From Octopus bimaculoides (lineage: Eukaryota), in assembly GCF_001194135.2 (NCBI RefSeq), contig NC_069005.1, positions 27,137,383-27,191,118 of the forward strand: 53,736 nt of DNA. The letters run 5' to 3'. The notes under the pieces are model-generated. The model was given only the letters and a program-made list of their open reading frames with translations. It was not told where the DNA came from and ran no database searches. The position numbers and the translations under genes are program-made. This document shows, piece by piece, positions 39,246 to 49,789 of this stretch (its first letter is position 1; every line of letters starts with the position of its first letter).

Positions 39246-39610
39246 AGGCACAGTAGTTGTGTGGTAAGAAGCTTGCTTCCCAACCGCACAGTTCCAGGTT
39301 CAATCCCACTGCATGGCACCTTGGGCAAATGTCTTCTACTATAGCCTCAGCTGAAGCCTTGCGAGTGGATTTGGTGACCAGAAACTAAAAAAAGCCCATC
39401 GTGTATATCTGTGTGTCTGTTCCCCACCACTGCTTGTGAACAGGTGTTGGTGTGTTTATATCCCTGTAACTTAGCAGTTCAGCTAAAGAGATCGATATAG
39501 TACCAGGCTTAAAAAAGTAAAAAGTGCTGGGGTTGATTTATTCAACTAAAATTCTTCAAGGTGGTGCCCCAGCATGGCCACAGTCTAATGACAAACAAGT
39601 AAAAGAATAT
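39246..39610 (+). mobile_element. Family C head with an alternative tail (...AAGGTGGTGCCCCAGCATGGCCACAGTCTAATGAC)
   Basis: Same head as 16283. The tail also appears reversed at 8565-8735 and in part at 37670-37960. A head-only copy lies at 26968-27140. Confidence 0.8.
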
Positions 39611-39669
39611 AAGGAAATAATATATACAAATGATATATGCATACAAATTATATATATATATATATTATA

Positions 39670-40010
39670 GTGAAGGTGGATGGCTCAGTGGTTAGAGCAT
39701 CGAGCTTACAATCGTGAGGTTGTGAGTCTGGTTCATGGAATGGGCTCCGTGCTGTGTTCTTGAGCAAGACGCTTTATTTCACGTTGCTCCAGTTCACTCA
39801 GCTGTAGAAATGAGTTGCGACGTCATTGGTGCCAAGTTGTATTGGCCTTTGCCTTTCCCTTGGATAACATCGGTGGCGTGAAGAGGGGAGGGTGGTATGC
39901 ATGGGCGACTGCTGGTCTTCCATAAACAACCTTGCCCAGACTTGTGCCTCAGAGTAACTTTCTAGGTGCAATCCCATGGTCAGTCATGGCCAAAGGGGGT
40001 CACCCACCCT
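39670..40010 (+). mobile_element. tRNA-head SINE with a CORE-like segment and a distinct 3' body
   Basis: GTGAAGG..TGGCTCAGTGGTTAGAGCATCG...TGTGTTCTTGAGCAAGACGCTTTATTTCACGTTGCTCCAGTTCACTCAGCTG. Confidence 0.75.
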
Positions 40011-40035
40011 ACAGATATATGTAATAGAATTTATA

Positions 40036-40209
40036 TCATCATCATCATCATCATCGTTTAACGTCCGCTTTCCATGCTAGCATGGGTTGGACGATTTGAC
40101 TGAGGACTGGTGCAACCGGATGGCTACACCAGGCTCCAATCTAATTTGGCAGATTTTCTACAGCTGGATGCCCTTCCTAACGCCAACCACTCCGAGAGTG
40201 TAGTGGGTG

Positions 40210-40214
<5 letters not shown>
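40036..40214 (-). mobile_element. RTE 3'-tail repeat (family A)
   Basis: Same sequence as 38015; the 5' end runs into a (TA)n tract. Confidence 0.9.
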
Positions 40215-40251
<37 letters not shown>

Positions 40252-42611
40252 GATATATATTTGTTCATTTTACATTCGTTTTTCCATGCTTGCATGGACT
40301 GGCCAAATGTCATTTGAGGTATTGTTTTATAGGTGGATGACTAACCCCTATCTGTTTTTCAAGAAAGGGATCACATTTCAACAAGGATTCAAAAGCACAA
40401 TGTGCTCAGATGACGGCAAACACTGCTAAGTGCATGTACACACACACACAAACATACATACAAATATATACAGGTCTTCATCAGGAGTTGAAAAGCTTAT
40501 TTTCCAACCATGTTTCATGTTCTGTCTCATTGCACAGCACTTTAAGAAACTGTCATCTACTATTATAGTCCCTGGGCCAATCAAAGTCTTGTGGATGGAT
40601 TTGGTAGCAAGAAAGTGAAAGGAGTTTGTCCATATAAATGTGTGTATGTGTGCTTCCATGTTTTTACATCGTGCAATAGTTGTAAACGAGTGTCACCATC
40701 ATACTAGTGGTGTTGTTTGTTGGCAATATTCTGTGAAAACCTGTTCAGCCATGGAGAAATATTACCTTGCTTGGAAACCGCGAGGCTTGACAAGAGAGAG
40801 AGAGAGCATCTGACAGCAGAATATCTGCCTCAACAAATTCCATTTGACCCAATGATGCTGTATTGGTGGGGGGGGGGGGGCTTTAGCTACACATATATTG
40901 TAGATTTGACAAGAACACTGGGTGAGAGACCCTGTCATATGCATACTCTCACTTCCATTACCTCAGTTGTGTGCATTTTTCTTCTCCCTCCACCCAGGTA
41001 AATGAGTTCCCTCTCCTAAATCCATTGTCACCCCTATCTATTACCAAATTCCCTCCTCCCACTGTTCACCCCTGCCCTTGTTTTAGCCATCTCTCACTCT
41101 CCCCCACCACCACTCTTCCAAGCTTCAACCCTACCCCTCATCTCTCGATATCACTCTTCTATCTACTCTAGAATTCTGTTGCTGTACGTCATAAAATTAG
41201 CACCTGTTACTACGGGAATCATTTCATGATACCATTTCTGTATTGCCAGTCACCACTCCCTCCTCTCTGATCTACACCCAATAGACATCTACTCATCCTC
41301 CCACTCATAATCCCCATCGATCACCACCTCCACTATCATTCACTTCGTCTATAGATCTGACCATCTTCACATCACCCTCCCCTCGTTCTTCCAACCCTTG
41401 CAGAGTACCCTGTCTCCATGCACTCTTCTATTCACCTTCTAGGCCATGTTGCCTCGAATGTACGTTCTGATACATACTGCCACCTCATTAATCTCTCTGC
41501 AGCACCACACCAATCATCTTCACCCACCCAAATAAAATGCAAAGTAGCCAGGAATCTCCTCGACAAACCTGTCTCTGCTCCTCACATCATATATTAACCT
41601 CTCTACTTCTCGCATAAAACGATCGCTATTCCCCCTTTTCAAGGAGGCTTTTTACCTCTTGCAACTTACAAAGTAACCTCACTGGTGCTGATGCCACGGG
41701 GGGTAAAAAAGCCATCGGTACACATTGTAAAATGATTGGCGTTAGGAAGGGCATCCAGCCATAGAAACCATGCAAAAACTGAAACGTTGGAGCTCGACGT
41801 GGTCCTGCAATCCACTGGATCCTATCTAACCACCCAACTCGTGCCACAATGGAAAAGAGACACGAAAAAAAACATTATATATGCATATATATACTACGTA
41901 GATGCTTTATGTAGGTTCGCTTTGCAACCTGAAGGTCCATTGCGAAGCAACTTGGGTAAATGATATCTGAGATAACTTTGGGGCAACGTATACCTTGTGT
42001 ACATGTTATTCATCTTGGTTAATGTTAAGGGTACACGTGTCTGCAGAATGCTCAGCCGCTTCGATATTAACTCCGGAGCAGGTAATCAAATTCATCAAAC
42101 TAAATCGAACGACGAAGATTCTATCTATCTACCTACGGTATACATACGTACATAAATAAATATACATTATACATATATTATGCATATGTATGATACATAT
42201 ATATTAGACACACGTTTTATATAGATACTACATATATATATATATATATATATATAAACACACACACCAATTATATAACAGAAAATAACTTCTATAGCCT
42301 ATATATTCCATAACCGCATTGTTTATGTATACATGCATGTGTGCGCGCGTGTTGCAATTATCGAAGTTTTAAATTGGAAAAATAAAATTAAACTCTGCAT
42401 ATTTTTATCGTGTGTTGAAATCTGAAACAAGTCGATTTAGACTGAGACAAATTCAAAGATGAAATATACATACAGACAGACATAGACACAAACATGCATG
42501 TGTGTACTGGAAGACAACAGGGCATGTATACGTGTGTATTTAACTGAGTATACAAAGTTTTTTGGGTTTTTTTTATTTAAAACAATAGTAGTGGGAAGAG
42601 AAAACACTTAC

Positions 42612-42651
42612 CAAATTCCATGTGTCGCTTGGTTCCAGTAGCTGAAAGCAT
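42612..42651 (-). CDS. SF1: SF1 coding exon 1 (predicted): MLSATGTKRHMEF + G (phase 1)
   Basis: Minus strand reads CAAA-ATG CTT TCA GCT ACT GGA ACC AAG CGA CAC ATG GAA TTT G|GTAAGT, with a perfect donor and an AAA-ATG context. Phase 1 joins exon 2 (G|AT = Asp). SATG resembles the vertebrate SF1 start MATG. It lies at the edge of a CpG-rich promoter-like region. This short exon is less certain than exons 2-4. Confidence 0.7.
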
Positions 42652-42779
42652 TTTGAGCTTCTTAAGTGTTGTATAAAGATAGAATGTCTTTTAAGAGATT
42701 GTGCTACAATCGGTAGAAAAAAAATTGTAGTAAATAGGAAAGGTATTCTCCGTTTAAAAAACAATGTACTGTCAGATTA

Positions 42780-42960
42780 ATTACGAAGCAAAATAATAAA
42801 GCCACCGGCTTATTGCAAGTATGAAATAGGAAGCTCACTGCCAACGGATCTTCATCACGAATTTAATATCAAATGAAACAAAAACAAGTTGGTTGAATGG
42901 TGAAAGAAACAACTATGAAAATGGCGTTTGCAAGAGCGCGACCTCGTTTTCATACACCTC
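42780..42960 (-). promoter_or_regulatory. Probable SF1 core promoter / 5' UTR with a YY1-type CGCCATTTT motif (42918-42926)
   Basis: Unique, CpG-containing sequence 130-310 nt upstream of the predicted ATG. CGCCATTTT matches the YY1 motif common near housekeeping-gene start sites. The TSS itself is not determined. Confidence 0.45.
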
Positions 42961-43030
42961 ACTCTCTTTCTCTCTCGCCGAATCTCACTTCCTCTTTTTA
43001 TTTTGCTGTTCCTCCCCTTTCTCTATTTTT

Positions 43031-43063
<33 letters not shown>

Positions 43064-43570
43064 GAATCTTGCCTCCTTATTTTCAGTGTTCCTCCCCTTT
43101 CTCTCACTCTCTCTCTCTTTGAATCATGCCTTCTCTTTTTCTCTATTCCTCCCCCTTCTCCTTGTCTGTCTATCTTACCTCTACTTTTCTCTCTCCCTCT
43201 CGTTTCACTCTTCCTTATTTGTCTTCCTCTTTTTTTTTTTGCTGTTCTCTCTTTTTTCTGTCTGTCTCTCTATCTCTGTATCTTGCCTCCTTATTTTCTG
43301 TCTTCCTCCCCTTTCTCTCTCTTTGAATCATGCCTTCTCTTTTTTCTCTATTCCCCCCCTTCTCCCTATCTATCTATCTATCTATCTTACCTCTACTTTT
43401 CTCTCTCCCTCTCGTTTCACTCTTACTTATTTCTCTTCCCCTTTCTCTCTGCTTAGTTCTTTTCTACTCTTTCTCCTCTTTATTTCGTTTCTACTCTGTT
43501 CTTCCCCTCTTTTTTCTTTGTATCATTTTCTTATTCTCTCCCCCTCCTCCCTCCCTTTCTCTCTTGAACT
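42960..43570. repeat. Polypyrimidine (CT-rich) tract with a ~210-bp internal duplication
   Basis: CTCTCTCTTTGAATCATGCCTTCTC...CTCGTTTCACTCTT occurs near 43105-43215 and 43315-43430. Confidence 0.8.
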
Positions 43571-44129
43571 CCTTCAAATTAGGTGCGTACCGGTGCAATG
43601 TAGACCGTTTCCTTTCATAGCGTTCCAGATCCTATTTTTCTAATAGGTAATATTTGCAATGAGTGATCAGTTGCAGTGAGGTCAAATAATGGCAACACAA
43701 GAAAACAAAACTGGCGTGTAAACAGTATAATAAGCGCTTTACAATATAATGCGACCTCGATTTGGCAACTCAGTCAAGCTGTGATTGTTTTCTCCTAAAA
43801 TTAGGTGGATACCGGTGCTACCGAAGACATGTTCCTTGGTATAGCTACAACCTAAAAACCGACTAACTTCATTTTATTTTTTTTCCTTTTTGCAAAAAAA
43901 GGCGAAAAGTGATAAGCAATTATCATTTTAAAATACAACTTTTACTGCATGATGGTTGTTTCTATGGCGAAAATAATGATTACTTTTTTTTATCGATTTA
44001 TTTTATTTCGATGCACCACTTTAACATTCAGAAAAATGATTTTTTTTAGGCTATCAAGTGAGGTTATCTGTTACCAAGAATTTTTGAAGTGTCTCCATAG
44101 AAATCTACTCTCTTTCTCTCCTACATTCT

Positions 44130-45100
44130 TTTGCTTTCCAATATTTCCCACTTTTTACATACTTACATGGATGTTTACTTATTTTGTTTGGTATGGTGGG
44201 AGGGTCTATGCCTATGGCCATCATAAACTTTCTGAGACAAATGAGATTGATGCCATGCAGGTCGACGACTGCAGGCGGGTAAATCCAAGAGAACCGGCGT
44301 TCTGAGAAGGAATAACTAAATGAGGTGGATAGGGCAGACCGTGGGACGGGGACTTAGTATAAGAGACAAGCGCACAAGAACCCTGGGTAGTAAGAAACTA
44401 GCTAACTCAGAGGCCACTGTAGTATAAAAGACAGAATGTCTGCAAGCCAGATGCCGGAGTGTGTTTCTCTGCGACTTAACACCAATTAGTTAAATGGCCT
44501 TTCTCTAGATGTCTAGTCTGTCTGTGTGTAGCAGCAGCACTGTCTCAGATGTGGGAGAAAAACTCTGTTGTTGGTTTCACATGGGCTTTCTAAATAGTTA
44601 ATAGTGTTGAGGGCTAAGTATTTGAAGGGGAAAAAAGGCTAGTATTGGCGGGGCTGCTTTTGCTATGATGAGGATGTGCGTTCGCTAGGAGACGTGCTCT
44701 GCGATGTTTTCTTGATATATGCGGTTATTGTGTCTGCTATTGAAGGAGACATGATTAGCGTGACCTGCAACCCCCAGCCTATGGAAGGTTGTTTTCAAGG
44801 CCTGTTCAGGGAATCAATGTTGACGTAGTGTGAAGTATCTAGGTTGCTTGGGTATGGAAGGTGAAGAAGGAATAAATGGTGGTATGATCTACATATGAGA
44901 GGGCGTTATTACAGAAAGCGGCAAGTGGGTCGTTGATGTATATAAGGTGGAAGAATGTGGAGGACAAAAGCAAACCGGGGTTCGTAGAGCGAGAGTCAGA
45001 CAGGGCTATCAGCACACGCCGCTATCTGACACGGAGCTTTCAGTCCAAGAAACGAGATACAGATAAAATCCATAAGCGGGCACTTTTCAAAGATTTTGAC
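44130..45100 (-). mobile_element. Degenerate CR1/L2 (Jockey-superfamily) LINE reverse-transcriptase fragment
   Basis: Minus-strand translation gives PGLLLSSTFFHLIYINDPLAAFCNNALSYVDHTTIY, comparable to QGSVLSPTLFLIYINDL...YADDSTL. Further on, KAHVKPTTEFFSHI* resembles KAQIRP.LEYCSHIW. It carries stops and frameshifts. Confidence 0.75.
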
Positions 45101-46091
45101 ACACATTTTTTATCACTCTCTCTCTGTTTCTCCCTCTCTCTCTCTCTCTCTCTCTGTCTCATCTATGCCTCATCTTTTGTATAACGGTCCCCTATTGTAA
45201 TGTGAATGTTCTCACCTCATCTCTTTTTCATCTCAGACGGGCTGTTCTTCTCTCTAACTTTTATCTTTCTCTCCTTCGATCTCTTGCTCAAAATTTTCTC
45301 GTTATTTCCTATCTCTCTATTTTTTCTCTGTCACTTTGTTTCCCCTCTCTCTCTCTCAATTCTATTTCTTTTTACCTATGTTTATCTCTTTCTTGACACC
45401 GTCATTTCATAACGTCTCTCTTTCTCCATACCTGACACTGTACTTTCTCTCTCTCTCTATCTATCTAATCGAACATCAACCATTCGATTGAATTTGACCT
45501 TATCTAACAACTGTTGTTAACAAATGAACTGAAACCGACTGAAAATTTGATTATGACAAGATTTGGCTGAGGAGTAAGGGAGAGGGAGAAGAAACGATTT
45601 TGGACATTAATTATTGGCATATGCGGGTTACAGGGTACGTAACATAAGTGAACAATTATTTTGGTTTCTGCGTCGGCTTAGCTTCTGACAGAGCATGGCC
45701 AACATATTTATTACAAGTAGACTCCCATCCAGCCTCATCTCTTTTTCTCTCTCATTCGCTCTCTCTCCGTCTTGTCTCTGTGTGTGTGTGTGTGTGTCTC
45801 TCTCTCTCTCTGTACCTGCCTATTTATCTATCTATGTATAATTGTTATATTATGTACATTATAATGTATATTATATAATATATATATATATATACTCTCT
45901 CTCTCTCTCTCTCTCTAGATATATATATATATATATTGTAGGTTTGGTGATGCAAAATGCAAACAGGAAAAAAAAAGAACTCAAAATATGAGTTTATATA
46001 TATTTTTAATTAATAAGCAGCAGAAGTTAAGCACACACATGTACATATATATACACACACAAATGTGTGCGTGTGCATTTATCTCTTTCTT

Positions 46092-46135
<44 letters not shown>

Positions 46136-46399
46136 CTTTTTTCTCTTCGTTACCACTCTCTCTCTTAAGGTGCGATTATTACTATAAGGGTGACCGATAT
46201 AGATTTTGATTACAAGTGGATGCTTTCTTTATTTGTCTGAACACGCATCATTCACGCATGTAGACCCACTCAAAACATGTTGATAAATCTATTTATTTAA
46301 CTACTATTGTTGTTCTGAACATGAACAAATAAACATCCCCACACGCAATTTCATGTCTTTTTTTACAGACAGACAGACATAGATAGATAGATAGATTTT

Positions 46400-47380
46400 T
46401 TTGTTTCGTTTAGCTCCAGGTCCACCCTGATTGAAAAACCAACAATAGGTGTTCTTACTGAGGCCATGTCGCCTTTTTGTTGACGGGGATGTATCTAAGA
46501 CTACATTATCTAATTTGTGCCCCCTTTTTTTTTTAATGAATGCGTATAATTTGACGAGGATTTAGCTGCTATTTCCAGCAAGTCGAACACGTAGAGGCTC
46601 CTTTGTTGGTTTGTCAATGCCCATTTTTATTTAGCTTCTGAGTGAATAAACCTCCAAACAAAAAGCGTTCCAACCGTATCTATAACTACTACACTTCATT
46701 ACCGAATATAAACATACCTATCTCCTTTATCAATGAGAACAGCCCTGATCGGGCAGATCTATGACCAAAAGCATTCCAGTCGTAATTCTTCTCCCCTTTT
46801 CCAACGTACAGAGACGGAACCCAAAAGTACATTTTACATGTCCTTTCTTTTAAAACAGTAAGATGCAATTTAAGAGAGATTTGGCTGCTATTTTTAGCAG
46901 ATTGAGCGACCACATAAAGACCTCCTTGACTCGGGATTTTTTTTTTTTTCTTTTTTTAAGACAGTCGGCTGTATTTTAAAGGTGATTTGGCTGCTGTGTT
47001 TATGGAGGAAGGGAGAGAGGGGGCTTTATGTTGCTCGGTAGACAACATAAAACCTCTCTCCCTCCCTCCCTCTCTCGACGTCCCGCTTACATATATGTTA
47101 ATTAGCAAAGGTGCTGTGTCGACTTGTATCTGAGGTAAGAATGGCAAGTGTGCATTCACAAACAACGCATTGTCTAAGGAATATTGATTTCTATTTCCCA
47201 GACACAAGTACAAACTGCTGGACGGGAGAAAGGAGGATCGTTATCGATTAATTTATCGAACTCAGCTTATAACTGGTATTTACGACAAGTTGCTCGAAAT
47301 AACAGCCAAATCTGCCTCAAATTGCACCATACCGTTTTAGCAAAAAAAAAAAGACACTGCGTAATGTGATCATTTCTTAG
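46400..47380. mobile_element. Cluster of fragments of another interspersed repeat (...GATTTGGCTGCTATTTCTAGCAGGTCGAGCGACCAC... type)
   Basis: The motif recurs near 46560, 46880, 46985 and, reversed, near 47300. Related pieces lie at 18900-19110 and 34490-34600. Confidence 0.6.
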
Positions 47381-47390
47381 TCAGAGTGGG

Positions 47391-47785
47391 AAGGATGGCG
47401 CCCGTTAACACACCGGGCGAAATGCTTAGCGGTATTTCGTCTGCCGTTACGTTCTGAGTTCAAATTCCGCCGAGGTCGACTTTGCCTTTCATCCTTTCGG
47501 GGTCGATTAAATAAGTACCAGTTACGCACAGGGGTCGATATATTTCGACTTAATCCGTATGTCTGTCTTTGTTTGTCCCCTCTGTGTATAGCCCCTTGTG
47601 GGCAGTAAAGAAATAGGTATTTCGTCTGTCGTTACGTTCTGAGTTCAAGTTCCGCTGATGTCGACTTTGCCTTTTATGTTTTCGGGGTCGATAAATTAAG
47701 TGCCAGTGAAACAGTGGGGTCAATATTATCGACTAGTTCCCTCCCACAAAATTTGAGGCCTCGTACCTCCAGTAGAAAGGATTAC
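47391..47785 (+). mobile_element. Family D SINE, internally duplicated (dimeric)
   Basis: CCGGGCGAAATGCTTAGCGGTATTTCGTCTG..TACGTTCTGAGTTCAAATTCCGCCGAGGTCGACTTTGCCTTT occurs twice; CpGs are intact. Confidence 0.85.
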
Positions 47786-48712
47786 TATTGTTTTACTTCT
47801 CAGAGCGCTCGGTCTTGTTTGCTCTGACTGATTCTGTGAGACAGCAGATGGTCTCACAGGGTCTCTTCTCGCACATTAAAAGCTTTGATAATTGGTTGTT
47901 AATTACCATGGAAGACGTTCAGCATGAACATAAAACAGGGAGAATATTAGGACCAAATATGACGAATGTGAATACAAAAGGGTTTTTGACCCTTTTGTTA
48001 CCGTATTTCTATTTAAAAAACACTACCTTTGTTTCAATTAATTTTGAAAATGATGAAGAATTTAGGGATCTTTTTGGTTTGACGGGCAACACTTGTTTTC
48101 TTAACGAAACACTTTCAAACTTGGGATACTGGTAGAATGTGTCATATAAAACATCTTTTTCTCTTAGCCTTCTTAACAAAAATTAGTTCTTAATAAGTTA
48201 TTTCATGTTAAAGTTGTCGTATAACTGTCATTATTAACTTGGTGTTTGGAACATAAATGAACATGAAATTTCAAAAGGTTTTAATTTAGATCACTTTAAA
48301 CACGAAGTTTGTATCATAGAAGTAGAGGTGGTCTTGGGTGGGTTGGTGTCACAAAGATTAGATAAAGAAAGACACATTAGACAACGTAGCATTTGATAAA
48401 GAAACAGATGGTTTGATCATGCTCGGAAGGATTTTGATCACGGGCCTGCTTGATAAGAGATGACCGGAGGGCAAACAACAACAACAACAACCAGTGATAT
48501 ATATATTTTGTTAGCCTTTTCTTTTCTTTATTGTATGTAAGCCATCAGATGGGCAGCAGCTGAATTCAAGAGTGGAATTGTCACACTTGGTGTCACATTA
48601 TGACAGCATTTAGGGTATAAGTGTCTGCAGAATACTTAAGCCCTATTTCTGTAATTCAATAAGTAGGCAGTTCCACTTGTCCAGAATATATATATACATA
48701 CATACATACATA

Positions 48713-49203
48713 CAGTGGGGGTAAATAGATATTCGTACATGTCAAAATTCTTTATTTATTTAATTTTTAATGAACATAAATGGGATATACCAATACTATA
48801 TTTGCATACACATGCATAAACTAAGAATATGCAAAAGAAACTAATAAATTATAGTAACTAATGAATTCATATGCAATTATAAATATTTAGGGGTGAAAAA
48901 AGTATTCGTACAGAACATAAATAACTGATAATTCTGATTTAATACTTCGTAGCATAACCATTATTCAGTTCTCTTCTTGTAGTTCTTAATCAATGACTCA
49001 CATGTTTCTTTAGGAATTTTTTCCCATTCTTCTTGACAAATATTCTTCAAATCTGGAATGCACGTTGGGGCTCTTGAATGAATTTTAATTTTCACATGGT
49101 CCTTATTAATATTCACACTTTCTCTTTTAAAAGAAAGTTGCTGGATATCATGTGCAGTTACCAGTAAATGTCCATAATATGGTGTAAAGTTGTTAATCAG
49201 CAG
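48713..49203 (-). mobile_element. Internally deleted Tc1-family transposon end with IR/DR-type terminus
   Basis: TA|CAGTGGGG end. An internal direct repeat GGGGT..A.A(G)TATTCGTACA occurs near 48717 and 48889. The ORF has IHSRAPTCIPDLKNICQEEWEKIPKETCESLIKNYKKR (Tc1 transposase C-terminus) fused to an HTH-like VTAHDIQQ segment. Confidence 0.8.
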
Positions 49204-49334
49204 CAGGGATTCCCAAAGTGTCTTCTGCAAAGCCTCAGGGTTCCCTGAAAGTTATCAGGGGTTCCACATTTTTCAAAATAATGCCAAAGGATTCCACGGC
49301 AAAAAAAAGTTTGGGAACCACTGATCTAGTGATT

Positions 49335-49721
49335 GTTGTTGACACTCCGTCACTTACAACATCGAGGGTTCCAGTTGATCCGATCAACGGAACAGCCTGC
49401 TCGTGAAATTAACGTGCAAGTGGCTGAGCACTCCACAGACACGTGTACCCTTAATATAGTTCTCGGGGATATTCAGCGTGACACAGTATGACAAGGCTGA
49501 CCCTTTGAATTACAGGCACAACAGAAGCAGGAAGTAAGAGTGAGAGAAAGTTGTGGTGAAAGAGTACAGCAGGGTTCACCACCATCCCCTGCTGGAGCCT
49601 CGTGGAGCTTTTAGATGTTTTCGCTCAATAAACACTCACAACGCCCAGTCTTGGAATCAAAACCGCAATCCTATGACTGCGAGTCCGCTGCTCTAACCAC
49701 TGGGCCATTGCGCCTCCACTA
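49335..49721 (-). mobile_element. Full-length tRNA-head SINE (family B) with an 11-bp TSD
   Basis: Same family as 16534. TSD ATCTAGTGATT at 49324-49334 and 49722-49732. Confidence 0.92.
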
Positions 49722-49789
49722 ATCTAGTGATTAACTAAATGTTTTTAGGCTTACCGAAGTCATGCCTCTGTACGAATTCATACAATGGT

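Noticed and set aside
42893-43643. 187-248 aa Leu/Ser/Phe-rich ORFs on +, one starting near an AAAATGGCG context
   Set aside because: They are translations of the CT-rich tract; the ATG context is better explained as the YY1-type motif.
43627-43770. Possible U4atac/U4 snRNA (kink-turn-like CAATGAG..GTGAGG)
   Set aside because: No convincing U6atac/U6-pairing 5' segment or Sm site; kept only as an unexplained structured element.
45500-45720. Possible first exon of a divergent + strand gene (CAGG|GTACGT)
   Set aside because: No matching coding exons were found downstream in the window; the evidence is insufficient.
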